Part shown: piece by piece, positions 29,527 to 39,419 of the stretch
How positions within the stretch are numbered: the stretch's first letter is position 1
Layout of the letters: each line of letters opens with the position of its first letter
IMG/VR virus record: IMGVR_UViG_3300042937_000753
Coordinates: 23,483 to 87,482 of that record
DNA: 64,000 bases
Origin: a virus
Direction: 5' to 3' (one strand)
Translations under genes and position numbers: made by a program
The notes under the pieces: model-generated
Databases searched by the model: none
Told to the model about the DNA's origin: nothing
Seen by the model: only the letters and a program-made list of their open reading frames with translations

Positions 29527-30838
29527 TTGTTTGTGTTATTTGATGGTTATTTGATTCTTCTAATTCTTTATTTAACTCAGATTCGGAAACCGGATTTGAT
29601 GCTTCTAATGCTATTAACTCTGACTTGAGTTCATTTCTCTCTATTCTAGTAAATGAATCTTCTATGTCTTCATCAGTTATTTCAATGTCATTAGCAACCC
29701 CCGCAACCCCTGACGTGCTAGAAATAAGGACCTCTAAATCATCAAGGTTTTCTGGTACTTCAGCTTCAATAACAGCTTCAGGAATAAAATCTGGAAAGGT
29801 TTCATGAACATAGTTAGTATTAAGAAGTTTTGCTGCTTCTTCATTAAGAGTTACACTTTTTACTTCAAAGTATTTAGTGCCTCCTTGATCAGCAATTTCT
29901 TGACCATAATGCTTCATGATAGCATCTACTTTTTCTAGATCAAAAACATCTTTTGCAATAAGAGATTCCACTATATCATCAATATTAGTGCCCATATAAC
30001 TCTTATCTTTATTTAGAAAACTAATTAAAGATTTAAAATTCACATGGTTTCTAGTACGGCAGTTACTCATGTGACCAGAATATTTCTCAAATAGCATTTC
30101 AATATAAAGCAAACTATCTATATAATTACAATTAGCCATAATTTCCATTGCAAGAATATGATTATCCTGATCTGAGCTATTAAACATGTCACTGATCTGT
30201 AAGAACATAGTATTATCTATAGTAGCTGCATCATCTCCATTGATATGTTTAAGTAACTTACTCTCATTAAAAAGATCAAGTGACATAAGTCCTGGAAATA
30301 GATCTTTATGCTCTTCATCAACAGTATAATAAACATTAGATGATCTTAGTATATCTCCTGCAATTTTATCAAGTATATCTAAAGTACTATTTCTCAATGT
30401 AGATGCAGAACTATACTCAACAACTACAATAGGTTCTGTGTAAAACTCTAAAGCTTGTCTTAAGTTTTCTCTATAATGATCATCCATTATACCCTCGGAA
30501 TTATCAACTATATCTCTTAAAACCTGAGTATCTAAATCATAATACCAATGATTATTTACTAACTTGTCTTTAGTATTCTTACCACAAAATACATGAGTAG
30601 CTTCATTAATATCTCTAACAGTTTTAATACCGTGTTGTAAAGTTAAATCTTTCAATTTTACTCTTGGGATATTTACACCAGGAAGAAAATAAAGCTTATC
30701 TCCTTTTGTAGGAGTATAATCTTTATCATTAACTGGTAAAAAACTCTCTCTTTCATCAGCACAAAATAAAGGTTCAACCTTCATTATTAGCTCATTTTCA
30801 TTTACATCCACATCATGAATAAACAAGTATGTTTTCAT
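29498..30838 (-). CDS. Hypothetical protein with a possible BRCT-like N-terminus and acidic tail
   Basis: KLYFLPG...IKTVRDINEATHVF; contains the MFNSSDQDNHILA motif shared with two other ORFs. Confidence 0.6.
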   Translation of the reverse strand: MKTYLFIHDVDVNENELIMKVEPLFCADERESFLPVNDKDYTPTKGDKLYFLPGVNIPRVKLKDLTLQHGIKTVRDINEATHVFCGKNTKDKLVNNHWYYDLDTQVLRDIVDNSEGIMDDHYRENLRQALEFYTEPIVVVEYSSASTLRNSTLDILDKIAGDILRSSNVYYTVDEEHKDLFPGLMSLDLFNESKLLKHINGDDAATIDNTMFLQISDMFNSSDQDNHILAMEIMANCNYIDSLLYIEMLFEKYSGHMSNCRTRNHVNFKSLISFLNKDKSYMGTNIDDIVESLIAKDVFDLEKVDAIMKHYGQEIADQGGTKYFEVKSVTLNEEAAKLLNTNYVHETFPDFIPEAVIEAEVPENLDDLEVLISSTSGVAGVANDIEITDEDIEDSFTRIERNELKSELIALEASNPVSESELNKELEESNNHQITQTNDTDNFEWF

Positions 30839-30850
30839 TTTTTAAAGTTT

Positions 30851-30875
30851 AAAAAAGGGAGTTTTACCTCCCTTT
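30851..30875 (-). terminator. Intrinsic terminator
   Basis: AAAGGGAG/CTCCCTTT stem with an A-run; a second weak hairpin lies at 30908-30926. Confidence 0.6.
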
Positions 30876-30934
30876 ATGTTTGTTTTTAATTAAAATAGTG
30901 TAAAAATAAAAGGGGAAAACCCTTTATGTTTCAT

Positions 30935-32104
30935 TTACTTGACAGCCATCTTCACCACCTCTTGATTCATCATTAGTTGTGAGAATTTAACTTTGTTTCC
31001 ATTAACAATCTCTTTGACCATATAATATCTTAAGTCATTGGTAAATGCATCACAGTCTGTAGTAAGCTTGGCAATTCTATCAATCATTGGTTTACCTACA
31101 GAACCTTTATCAGCAACAGTAAGAGAATAATTTATTATTCTTGTTGCAATAATACTTGAAATATCTGCACGGAACTCGTTATCTTTTCCTACTGCATTAG
31201 TAAGAGAGTTCATGACATACTGCTCATCTTTAGTTAGGATGTCCGCAGGACTAATAATTCTGTCAAGTTTGTTATTAATAAACATAGTAAACATTGAACT
31301 AAAATCAGGACCTACTGAACCCTCACCAATCATTTGTATCATAGGTAAGTTATCTTCAAATTTAGGAATAGAACTAATAGCATTAAAAAATGTAGTAATA
31401 GCTCTAGGATTAATTCTTTGAGTTACCAATTCCGGGTGCATCAACATAAAGTTAATACATCTGCCATCTATTCCTGATTTCTCTGCCCACTTAGCCCATA
31501 CATCAGAATCATACTTTAACTCTACAGAGATAAATCTAGTCTTCTGAGCAACATCTAAAGAAGTTACATTGTAATCACCATTGTCCGGATTAGTAGTCAA
31601 GATAACATGCCAGTTCTTTGGTAATTTCCAAGAAACATATTCTTGTCTATCCAAGATCTCCATCGTAGCTTGCATGAATCTTTGATCAGCTCTAGTATAG
31701 TCATCTAAGATTAAGAAACCACCTTCTCCTTTACCCTGAATCCATTCAGGAGCAGCATGTGACATTCTTTTTCCAACAACTTTATAACCTTTTGCACTTG
31801 CTGCAGGTATCTGAGATTCATTAATCCAAGTAGATTTACCCTCTGCATTCTGGATCTGAAATTCTTTAACAGGAAAACCAACCAAGTCACCTAATTCTTC
31901 TAACTGAGATAAATTAAGTTTTACAACTTCCATAGCCATCTCTTTACCTAATTGCATTAATGCTGAAGTCTTACCAAGACCAGCATCACCTTCTATATTA
32001 ATTGCTACAGGAACTTTACCGTCCTTTTGAATGTGTTGGTTATTACCAACCATATGCTTAATAAAATTCTTTAACTCTTCAACATTTAATTGTACTTGAC
32101 TCAT
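30935..32104 (-). CDS. MoxR-like AAA+ ATPase
   Basis: Walker A GDAGLGKT, Walker B LILDD, sensor TTNP, and a TRF arginine finger. Confidence 0.88.
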   Translation of the reverse strand: MSQVQLNVEELKNFIKHMVGNNQHIQKDGKVPVAINIEGDAGLGKTSALMQLGKEMAMEVVKLNLSQLEELGDLVGFPVKEFQIQNAEGKSTWINESQIPAASAKGYKVVGKRMSHAAPEWIQGKGEGGFLILDDYTRADQRFMQATMEILDRQEYVSWKLPKNWHVILTTNPDNGDYNVTSLDVAQKTRFISVELKYDSDVWAKWAEKSGIDGRCINFMLMHPELVTQRINPRAITTFFNAISSIPKFEDNLPMIQMIGEGSVGPDFSSMFTMFINNKLDRIISPADILTKDEQYVMNSLTNAVGKDNEFRADISSIIATRIINYSLTVADKGSVGKPMIDRIAKLTTDCDAFTNDLRYYMVKEIVNGNKVKFSQLMMNQEVVKMAVK

Positions 32105-32116
32105 AATTTTTCTTTT

Positions 32117-33424
32117 TTATAGTTCTAATTTAATCACTTTTCCTGGTAAACTTTCATTCATATAAGATTGTTCTGACAAAACCCATAGAACATTTCCTCT
32201 AGGTTTTACATCTGCTCTACATTCACCATCTGTAAAATACACCAGGCTTGTATATTTATTTAGGTTTACATTAAAATACTCTAGGACGGGATCAAATTCA
32301 GTCCCACCTCTACCTTGTATTGCCATTTCAAATTTACCTTTATAAGGTTCAATTGATCTGATACTTGTATCACATTGTATAACGGTAATATCAACACCAC
32401 ATTTAAAAATATGATGCATCTCTCCCATAAATTCTCTAAGTTCGTTATCACTTACAGATCCAGAAGTATCAATAGCCAACAACATGTGTTGTCTCATCTT
32501 TACTTTAAGACCAGGATTAGCATCAAATCTCTTGTTTTCCTTCCTTCTAATTTTCTTAGTGAATACTTTAGTACTTATACCAGTAAATCTTCTAATGTAT
32601 CCTCTCCAATCAAATTTAGGTTTAACAATTTCTTCAATAATAATAACTCCATCAATTTCTCCAGGAACAGTGCCTCTTTTCTTAACAGTTTGCTCTTTAG
32701 CATCTGAAAGTACTTTTTGTAATTGTCTATCAATTAACTTTTGCTCTGCTTCAGTAAGATCTTCAAACTCATCCCATGTACCGTGATCAGGAATATTACC
32801 AGATTCTATATTATCTAGTAATTCATCCATTGCATCACATCCACAAGTTCCATTCTCCTGTTTTTCCTGTTTTGCTTCTCTAAGCTTATCATAGTAATAT
32901 CTACAACCAGCTCTAGTATCAAGATTCATCTCATCATAATCTTCAATCATGATACCTCTAGACGGAAGTTTACTTGCAATAACTTGCAATTCTTCCTGAG
33001 TAGCATTATTTTCCTTAGCACTCTTTAATTCAGATACTATACTTGCTTTAAGAGTATCAAACTCTTCTTTAGTATAATCTCCACCTGGAAGCCAAGAATT
33101 ATCAATATACTGATTAATTTCCATATCCATTGCAACATTAGCAAGTTTTCTATCAGAAAACTTAAAAAATGTGGTTAAGTGACCAAAAGCAATGTGTAAT
33201 AATTCATGCTTTAACAAACCAAGTTTGTTTAATTCAGATAAACTTTCCCAAAATGTAGGATTAATTGCAAGTTGGTAATTAATACCATTCTTACTTACTC
33301 CTGCAGTAGGAACACGTTTACCGTCCCAAACTTTGTTTAGCATAAGAAGAAAGAATCCATAATAGGGCTCTTTCAACATAAGCTCTTTTGCAATTTTGCT
33401 AAGACTTTCTTGTTTGTCCATCAA
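32117..33424 (-). CDS. DUF2201-type metallopeptidase plus vWA domain protein
   Basis: HELLH zincin, NVAMDMEIN, MIDAS DTSGS, GRGGT and YFTDG motifs. Confidence 0.88.
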   Translation of the reverse strand: MMDKQESLSKIAKELMLKEPYYGFFLLMLNKVWDGKRVPTAGVSKNGINYQLAINPTFWESLSELNKLGLLKHELLHIAFGHLTTFFKFSDRKLANVAMDMEINQYIDNSWLPGGDYTKEEFDTLKASIVSELKSAKENNATQEELQVIASKLPSRGIMIEDYDEMNLDTRAGCRYYYDKLREAKQEKQENGTCGCDAMDELLDNIESGNIPDHGTWDEFEDLTEAEQKLIDRQLQKVLSDAKEQTVKKRGTVPGEIDGVIIIEEIVKPKFDWRGYIRRFTGISTKVFTKKIRRKENKRFDANPGLKVKMRQHMLLAIDTSGSVSDNELREFMGEMHHIFKCGVDITVIQCDTSIRSIEPYKGKFEMAIQGRGGTEFDPVLEYFNVNLNKYTSLVYFTDGECRADVKPRGNVLWVLSEQSYMNESLPGKVIKLEL

Positions 33425-33816
33425 TCTTTTAATTTAATTTGTATTTCAAATTTGTCTGTAGGATAGCCAATAGATTCTAACATCCTTGACATATCCCTAA
33501 TAAAGAATTCCATAAATAGCTCAACCGAAGCTTTAGAACCTTTGTTTTGTGTAATCCAACACAGAGTTTTAGGACTTGTAAGAGGAGTTTTGTCTGTAAT
33601 ATCTAACAACTTAGTTGCTATCTTCTTACAATTTAACATCCAGTTTTCCATAGTGTGTCCACCAAACTTATAGAGAACTAATAGTTCTCCTACATACTTT
33701 TTAAAATCAACATTCTTTAAAGTCTCAAATGCTATGATGTGATTATCTGCATCTTCAGATTTCAACATCATAATTAGATTTCTTGTTTCTTCTTTGTCAA
33801 AAATCATTTTTGCCAT
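33421..33816 (-). CDS. Hypothetical protein
   Basis: ATGA overlap with the vWA gene; MLKSEDADNHIIA motif. Confidence 0.7.
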   Translation of the reverse strand: MAKMIFDKEETRNLIMMLKSEDADNHIIAFETLKNVDFKKYVGELLVLYKFGGHTMENWMLNCKKIATKLLDITDKTPLTSPKTLCWITQNKGSKASVELFMEFFIRDMSRMLESIGYPTDKFEIQIKLKD

Positions 33817-34007
33817 TATACTTCAGTTTTTAAGTATTCATCATCTAAACAATCTAATTCCATTAAGGAATTGTTTAAATCTATCATAGTCATGTATGCA
33901 GGATTATTTAACCTAGCATTATCCATATCATAATTAGCCTCTAACAGCTCTATAGCTTCATTAACTAAAGCTTCTACTTTTTCTTTAATTTGTTCTACTC
34001 TATCCAT
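33816..34007 (-). CDS. Small hypothetical protein
   Basis: TAATG coupling with neighbours. Confidence 0.6.
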   Translation of the reverse strand: MDRVEQIKEKVEALVNEAIELLEANYDMDNARLNNPAYMTMIDLNNSLMELDCLDDEYLKTEV

Positions 34008-34438
34008 TACTTTTCTGTTTTAGATTCAACTATTTTAATTAACTTTTCTAGACAAGCAAGTTCTGCTTCTTCGTAAGAATTATAAGGACTTGTTCCACCT
34101 GTTTTCCAAGTATAATAGCCCCAAAAATCAGCACCTGCTACATTTTTATAGACATAATTATGTAACCCATACTTCTCTCTAAACCATCTAAATGCTTGTG
34201 AGAATGTTGCTGCTAAAATAACATCATCTTCAATTGTCCAGCAGTTAGGTTGATCTGACTCAGTATCATTAAAGATTATATCTTCACCTTCAAAATTTAA
34301 TTTAATAGTTGGATATATTAATGTCCTTAAATCATCATCATTTACTGGATTTGTATTATAACCAGCAAAACAAGATTCATCAAATCCAAGTTCTTTTAAA
34401 GCTAATGCTTCTGTATAAGGTATAAATTCTTTTTCCAT
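34007..34438 (-). CDS. Bacteroidota-phage hypothetical family protein (MEKEFIPY...LKELGFDE...QAFRWFREK)
   Basis: Recognisable recurrent phage motif set; coupled start and stop codons. Confidence 0.7.
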   Translation of the reverse strand: MEKEFIPYTEALALKELGFDESCFAGYNTNPVNDDDLRTLIYPTIKLNFEGEDIIFNDTESDQPNCWTIEDDVILAATFSQAFRWFREKYGLHNYVYKNVAGADFWGYYTWKTGGTSPYNSYEEAELACLEKLIKIVESKTEK

Positions 34439-34785
34439 CAGTCTTCAATTTTTAAAGTTTTAATTGCCCATTTCTCAGGCTTACCACTTGCAATCATATC
34501 CACCCATTCCTTTGCTGTTGGAATGTAATTGTTGCAGTCTTCTTTGATATGCTGTTCAGCAACATATCTAGTGTATACAGTTTTACCAGCAGAGTTAAGA
34601 AAAGATACACCAAAAACTTTTTCACATTCAAAGATACCTTCACTATGGTGACGGAACATTCTATGCATGCTATGACCTATCCATGATTTTGTAGCATCAA
34701 ACCACTCATGAATATGATGATAATTTTCAGGTATTCCTCCAAACTTTTTAGCTGATGATTTTGAATGTTGATAAGGATGTGCCAT
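34438..34785 (-). CDS. DUF6915-like protein
   Basis: MAHPYQHSKSSAKKFGG...IHEWFD...RHHSEGIF...AEQHIKED. Confidence 0.75.
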   Translation of the reverse strand: MAHPYQHSKSSAKKFGGIPENYHHIHEWFDATKSWIGHSMHRMFRHHSEGIFECEKVFGVSFLNSAGKTVYTRYVAEQHIKEDCNNYIPTAKEWVDMIASGKPEKWAIKTLKIED

Positions 34786-34952
34786 TACATTTTGTATGTT
34801 ATATGATCAATAATCTCATGTTTTGCTTCAGCATAACCTAAACCATAAGAATCTTCATATAAAATTTCTACTTTTTCAAGTATTTCTCTTTTTAATTCAT
34901 CTGTTAATGTTTGAGTCTCTAAGTCCTCTAACCAATCTTGAAAATCTTCCAT
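34785..34952 (-). CDS. 55-aa hypothetical protein (not in the ORF track)
   Basis: MEDFQDWLEDLETQTLTDELK...; TAATG-coupled on both sides. Confidence 0.65.
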   Translation of the reverse strand: MEDFQDWLEDLETQTLTDELKREILEKVEILYEDSYGLGYAEAKHEIIDHITYKM

Positions 34953-35137
34953 TATTTCTTTTTTAAATATTCAATAACTCTTTCCCAGTAACTTTTAGCT
35001 TTCATTCTTCCATCTCTAAATGGTGCTAAGGCATGTGTTGCTTTAGCTGTATTTAAAGCTTCTTCTTTAGCTTTTTCAGTTCCATGTAGAACACGTGCAT
35101 AATTATACAGTTCATCAGCTTTTTTTTCTTCAGTCAT
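34952..35137 (-). CDS. Small hypothetical protein
   Basis: Coupled ORF. Confidence 0.6.
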   Translation of the reverse strand: MTEEKKADELYNYARVLHGTEKAKEEALNTAKATHALAPFRDGRMKAKSYWERVIEYLKKK

Positions 35138-35537
35138 TTTCTGCTTTTTCTAGTAAACTACCATCATGAAAATAATCTTCTGTCTCAGTAACTCTTACAT
35201 GATTATTAACAAAATATTTTCCTGAAGGAATACATATACATAAATCTCCAAAGCCACCTTCATTATTCCACCAGTCTTCTATATCATTAAGAATAGTTTC
35301 TTGTGCAAATTCTTCAATTAAAGAATAAGCACTTGAATCCAACTCTGCTAAATTTGAATCATTTTCCCAATCATCTATATTATCATTTACATCTCCTGGA
35401 GTATCACACTTTTCTGTTGTATATCCAATCCATTCTATGGCACCGGAGTCTCCTCCACCATCATATTTTACTTTAATACCTGTAATACCAAGGTCAGCCA
35501 ACTTAAATAGAAGGCCTGTCATTTCATTTTCTGTCAT
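35130..35537 (-). CDS. DUF6878-like protein
   Basis: GITGIKVKYDGGGDSGAIE...WWNNEGGFG. Confidence 0.75.
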   Translation of the reverse strand: MTENEMTGLLFKLADLGITGIKVKYDGGGDSGAIEWIGYTTEKCDTPGDVNDNIDDWENDSNLAELDSSAYSLIEEFAQETILNDIEDWWNNEGGFGDLCICIPSGKYFVNNHVRVTETEDYFHDGSLLEKAEND

Positions 35538-35725
35538 ACTTTTGCTTTTTGAATAAAATATTTTGCTACTTCAGGAATGTGTTTCTTGTAGTAAGGCTGT
35601 TCAGACTTACACCATTGTTTCACTTCATCCTTTGTATTAAACTTTTGGTACGGAAATGTTATTTCCAACTCTTTGATAAAATCATTTACAGTCCAACCTT
35701 CCCAGATGTGTCTGTCATTACTCAT
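35534..35725 (-). CDS. Small hypothetical protein
   Basis: ATGA overlap; IWEGWTV...QPYYKK. Confidence 0.65.
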   Translation of the reverse strand: MSNDRHIWEGWTVNDFIKELEITFPYQKFNTKDEVKQWCKSEQPYYKKHIPEVAKYFIQKAKV

Positions 35726-35726
35726 A

Positions 35727-36152
35727 TTATTTTATTTTAAAGAATCTTCCAAGTATGTTTCCATTTAAGAATTCTTCTTTCTCAAGAACTTCTCTTGTGA
35801 ATTGATACTTAGTTTCATAATATGTAAGTTCCATTTTGGAAAAACATATTTTAACCATAAATCTTTTAATCTTTAAACCAGCTTTATGAGCTTCTTTAAG
35901 AGTTATATTACTGCTATAGTAATTTTCATAACTAGGTTTTGTCACGGTGCTGTACTTTTTAGTTCTTTTATCAGTTATGTTTTCTAAAGCTTTTTTACCA
36001 AACTTCTTTTTAGTTACTGAGTAAAAGTTCTTCTTGCCCACATATCTTACAGACTTTCCATCAATAATAACTTCCATCTCATACACAAAGCCTATAGCTC
36101 CTTCTGGAATCATGCTATCATTAAAAGGTCTTCCTTCATATAACCAACTCAT
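35727..36152 (-). CDS. GIY-YIG-like nuclease
   Basis: GFVY...RYVGKK, YYSS, YYE...NGNI. Confidence 0.65.
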   Translation of the reverse strand: MSWLYEGRPFNDSMIPEGAIGFVYEMEVIIDGKSVRYVGKKNFYSVTKKKFGKKALENITDKRTKKYSTVTKPSYENYYSSNITLKEAHKAGLKIKRFMVKICFSKMELTYYETKYQFTREVLEKEEFLNGNILGRFFKIK

Positions 36153-37129
36153 AATGCTTGTTTTAATAGTGGAATCAATACACTTCTTACAGCATCAATA
36201 CCATGAACTTTTACTGAATCAGATATATCTTTCTCCATAGGAAGATTAATTGTAATTACTCCAAACATTTTCTGATATTTTTGAGCAGCTTTCTGTCCTG
36301 CCTCATCATTATCAAATAACACAAAAACACTTTTATAGTGCTTAATTACATTAACCATGTAATTTGTAGGAATCATTGAATTCTCACTGTCTGGAGAAAT
36401 AGACTCGGCATCTGTAAGTTTTAATTTATTAAATGCCATCAAATCTTTCAAAGAAGATGTAATAACAAGAAACTTTTTATCACCTCTGAGTTGTTCACTA
36501 CCTTGGATATAATCCCGGACTTTTATGAATTTACTATCCTTTACTTTAGGTTGATAAATCTTATACAAAGTTCCATCCTTTTTAAAGTAACCATAAATAT
36601 AGTTTGCACTAATATTCATCTTTGTAGTAATACCTAAGTTATCTTCTTTGGTCATTGTATAAAATCCTAAAGGAGCTACATTATAGTGCTCTAACATTTT
36701 TGATCCAATTCCAAAAGCTGTCCAATAGTTTTGATCTAGGTTATTCCAGTGTCTTATTTCATAATCAGATACACTAAACTTACTATGAGCTTTTAATTCA
36801 ATCACTGGTGCCGGTTCATGAGTTTTAATATACTCACAGTAGTCATCAATAATTTTAAATGAAGCTCTAGCTCTACTTGGTAAATTAAATAGTGTTTGCA
36901 CAAGATTTAATGCATCACCACCATTACCTGTAGAAAAGTCTTTAAACTTATAGGTATTATTGTTATCCATATAAATATACATGGATGCTGTCTTTTCTCT
37001 ACTATTGAAAATAGATTTAATTTTTACACTTTGACCAGATAGTTTTTCTGCTATCTGTAAATAAAATTCAAAGACCCACTCTTTAGGTATGTCTTCTAAT
37101 TTTGCAATTAGATTTTTAGTAGAAATCAT
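36149..37129 (-). CDS. DNA primase (Toprim domain)
   Basis: FKDFSTG N-terminus, SSLKD, LFDNDEAG and KDISD motifs. Confidence 0.85.
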   Translation of the reverse strand: MISTKNLIAKLEDIPKEWVFEFYLQIAEKLSGQSVKIKSIFNSREKTASMYIYMDNNNTYKFKDFSTGNGGDALNLVQTLFNLPSRARASFKIIDDYCEYIKTHEPAPVIELKAHSKFSVSDYEIRHWNNLDQNYWTAFGIGSKMLEHYNVAPLGFYTMTKEDNLGITTKMNISANYIYGYFKKDGTLYKIYQPKVKDSKFIKVRDYIQGSEQLRGDKKFLVITSSLKDLMAFNKLKLTDAESISPDSENSMIPTNYMVNVIKHYKSVFVLFDNDEAGQKAAQKYQKMFGVITINLPMEKDISDSVKVHGIDAVRSVLIPLLKQAL

Positions 37130-37140
37130 AAGAATAAAAT

Positions 37141-37167
37141 AAAAAAGGGGGAAACTGATTTCCCCCT
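37141..37167 (-). terminator. Intrinsic terminator
   Basis: AGGGGGAAA/TTTCCCCCT stem with an A-run. Confidence 0.75.
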
Positions 37168-37182
37168 ATTAATTATTAATAA

Positions 37183-37869
37183 TTAATCTAGACTGAAATC
37201 AGAAGAAGTAGCAGTTGGTGTTGTGAAATCATCATCTCCACCAAAATTATTTACATCTCTTACTTCCAACTTTTTAAGATGTTTGCTTTCATCATAAGGA
37301 ATTATTTTTCCTCCTTCAATTTCACCATAAGCATATTTTCTATTTTCTGCCTTTGGAAGCCACATATCATAAGTTGTATAACCACTTTTGTTTAGATATT
37401 CTTTACCCGCAACACAAAACTCAAGATATAGATCTTTAATTGGTGCTGTAGCATTAAATGCATCAACAAAAGTTTCAATAGTATCATGTTTACCATCTTG
37501 TCCAACAAACCAATCATTAATCCCTAGAGTTTTAGATAAACTCTGTAAAAAGATTAAAACTGATCTGTCTCTTTGAATTTTAATGCCGGATTTTGTTTCT
37601 CCATCTGCATAAGCATATTGACTTGCTTTCACTCTACCAATTTGACCTTCAAAACGGCCTTTGCTTTCATCATCCTTGTCAAGCATAAAACCTTCAAAAC
37701 CTTCAATAGGTGCGGTTTCTACATGTAGAATTAAATGTTTAGCTCCATCAATGAATCTAAAATCTTCTAGATCAATACTGTTAATTTTTAAAACATGATT
37801 ACCTGGAGCAATTGTTTTTGCTAATGATGAGCCACCACCTGAGCCCAAATCTGTTGTACTTAAAGCCAT
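37183..37869 (-). CDS. Putative single-stranded DNA-binding protein
   Basis: Lies between primase and AAA_24; beta-rich with an acidic/aromatic tail (DDDF...DFSLD). Confidence 0.55.
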   Translation of the reverse strand: MALSTTDLGSGGGSSLAKTIAPGNHVLKINSIDLEDFRFIDGAKHLILHVETAPIEGFEGFMLDKDDESKGRFEGQIGRVKASQYAYADGETKSGIKIQRDRSVLIFLQSLSKTLGINDWFVGQDGKHDTIETFVDAFNATAPIKDLYLEFCVAGKEYLNKSGYTTYDMWLPKAENRKYAYGEIEGGKIIPYDESKHLKKLEVRDVNNFGGDDDFTTPTATSSDFSLD

Positions 37870-37891
37870 AATTTACTTTTTTTATTTATTA

Positions 37892-37999
37892 TTACATTAG
37901 TATTGATACCAAATATCCTATTACTATAACGGATATTATAACTGAAATTACTTGTAATGTTGAATCAACACCATCTGGTTTCTTTTCTTCTTGTTTCAT
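37892..37999 (-). CDS. 35-aa single-pass membrane peptide (not in the ORF track)
   Basis: MKQEEKKPDGVDSTLQVISVIISVIVIGYLVSILM fills the intergenic gap. Confidence 0.5.
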   Translation of the reverse strand: MKQEEKKPDGVDSTLQVISVIISVIVIGYLVSILM

Positions 38000-38017
38000 T
38001 TTTTTGTTTTTAAATTG

Positions 38018-38740
38018 TTATACATAAATCTTATCCCAGTGAAACTCAAGTTCACCTTTGTCATTCATTTCAGAAACTACTATTTCTTCATTTCTTAAGT
38101 GTTCAGGTCTTGCACCGCAAGTTACTTCTTCACTAGTCTTAAAACTTAAAATAGTTTTATTTCCTTTTCTATACATGTAACCAATAGCATCTGCATTAGC
38201 ACAAATCAAAGATTTGATTTTACCAGTTAAATCTATATTAGCAGACATAACCATCTCACCCTTATCATCAACTACCTTGTCCTTAATGTGACCAGATAAA
38301 ATAATGTGGGGAGCTAAGGTATCAATAAAATCTAAAACTTGAAAGAATGCTTCTCTAATATATAAATATCCTGCACCATTTGGTAAAGTAACTACAGTAT
38401 CACCATCAAAGTTTTTACCCATAGAAGTTTTTCTATAAAGTTTTACAGCTAAAGGCATTATCATAGTTTCTAAAGCAGTTACAGTATCTATAGTAATATA
38501 CTTATAGGGCTTACCTGCTTCAATAATTGAATTACCGGTATCAATTAATTCTTTAAAAGTATTAGCTTTAATTTTAAGAGCTTCTACATAATCAGAACCA
38601 TTTTCTAGATCAATAATTAAATTATTTTCTAGTCCAGCATAAGCAGTTGTTTTACCAGTTTTAGGTTTAGAATAAACAAGTAATCTTTTTGGATTAACTT
38701 GAGTTGCTTTTACTTTATTTGTTGGAAGTACTATACTCAT
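38018..38740 (-). CDS. AAA_24 / Sak4-like ATPase
   Basis: YSKPKTGKTT, IIDLENG, ITIDTVT and ILSGH motifs. Confidence 0.85.
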   Translation of the reverse strand: MSIVLPTNKVKATQVNPKRLLVYSKPKTGKTTAYAGLENNLIIDLENGSDYVEALKIKANTFKELIDTGNSIIEAGKPYKYITIDTVTALETMIMPLAVKLYRKTSMGKNFDGDTVVTLPNGAGYLYIREAFFQVLDFIDTLAPHIILSGHIKDKVVDDKGEMVMSANIDLTGKIKSLICANADAIGYMYRKGNKTILSFKTSEEVTCGARPEHLRNEEIVVSEMNDKGELEFHWDKIYV

Positions 38741-39408
38741 ATTTCACTTTTTGATTTTCTAATTAAATCATTTAACCATGTTTTATCACTGACAGGTGTT
38801 ACAAGCATAATAGCAGCAAAATCTTTAAGAGAAATATTTGCTAATGTTGTTGTAGTACTTTCTGCTACAACTTTGTCAATGTCAAAATCAGATCCTGCTA
38901 AATCTAATGTAGTTTCTTTCTTAGGAAACTCTTCTTCAAAATCAGGAAAAGGAGCTAAAGACTTTTGAAGTTTTGGTAAACCATCCTGAGCTTTTTTAGC
39001 TTCTTCTTTTCTCTTCTCATAAAGAGAATAAGAAATTTCACTACCATCTGGTTGAATCATTATTAATTCACTAGATGAAATAATATAAACAGAATAACCA
39101 GGTCTTTCTCTTAATTCATACTCTTCCGCATAGAATGGATTTGCTTTGAATTTAAACAAAGGTCTATCCTCTAGCATTGGACTATAATCCTTCTCTGCTC
39201 CTGCATCATCTCTAATTACATCAATAAACTCCATATAAAGGTCTTCACCTTTCTTAAGCTCACTTTCATAAAGTTGAATGTTTCTTCCAAAACGGCCTTT
39301 CTCATAAAATGCCATTTTCAATGTAAAGCTTGGACTTGCCAACTTTAACTTTTTAAAAGTTTCTGCATGGTGTGCAAAATACTCTCTTTCTTTTTGTTTT
39401 CTATCCAT
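38737..39408 (-). CDS. Hypothetical protein
   Basis: 223-aa coupled ORF. Confidence 0.7.
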   Translation of the reverse strand: MDRKQKEREYFAHHAETFKKLKLASPSFTLKMAFYEKGRFGRNIQLYESELKKGEDLYMEFIDVIRDDAGAEKDYSPMLEDRPLFKFKANPFYAEEYELRERPGYSVYIISSSELIMIQPDGSEISYSLYEKRKEEAKKAQDGLPKLQKSLAPFPDFEEEFPKKETTLDLAGSDFDIDKVVAESTTTTLANISLKDFAAIMLVTPVSDKTWLNDLIRKSKSEI

Positions 39409-39419
39409 AATTTAAATTT

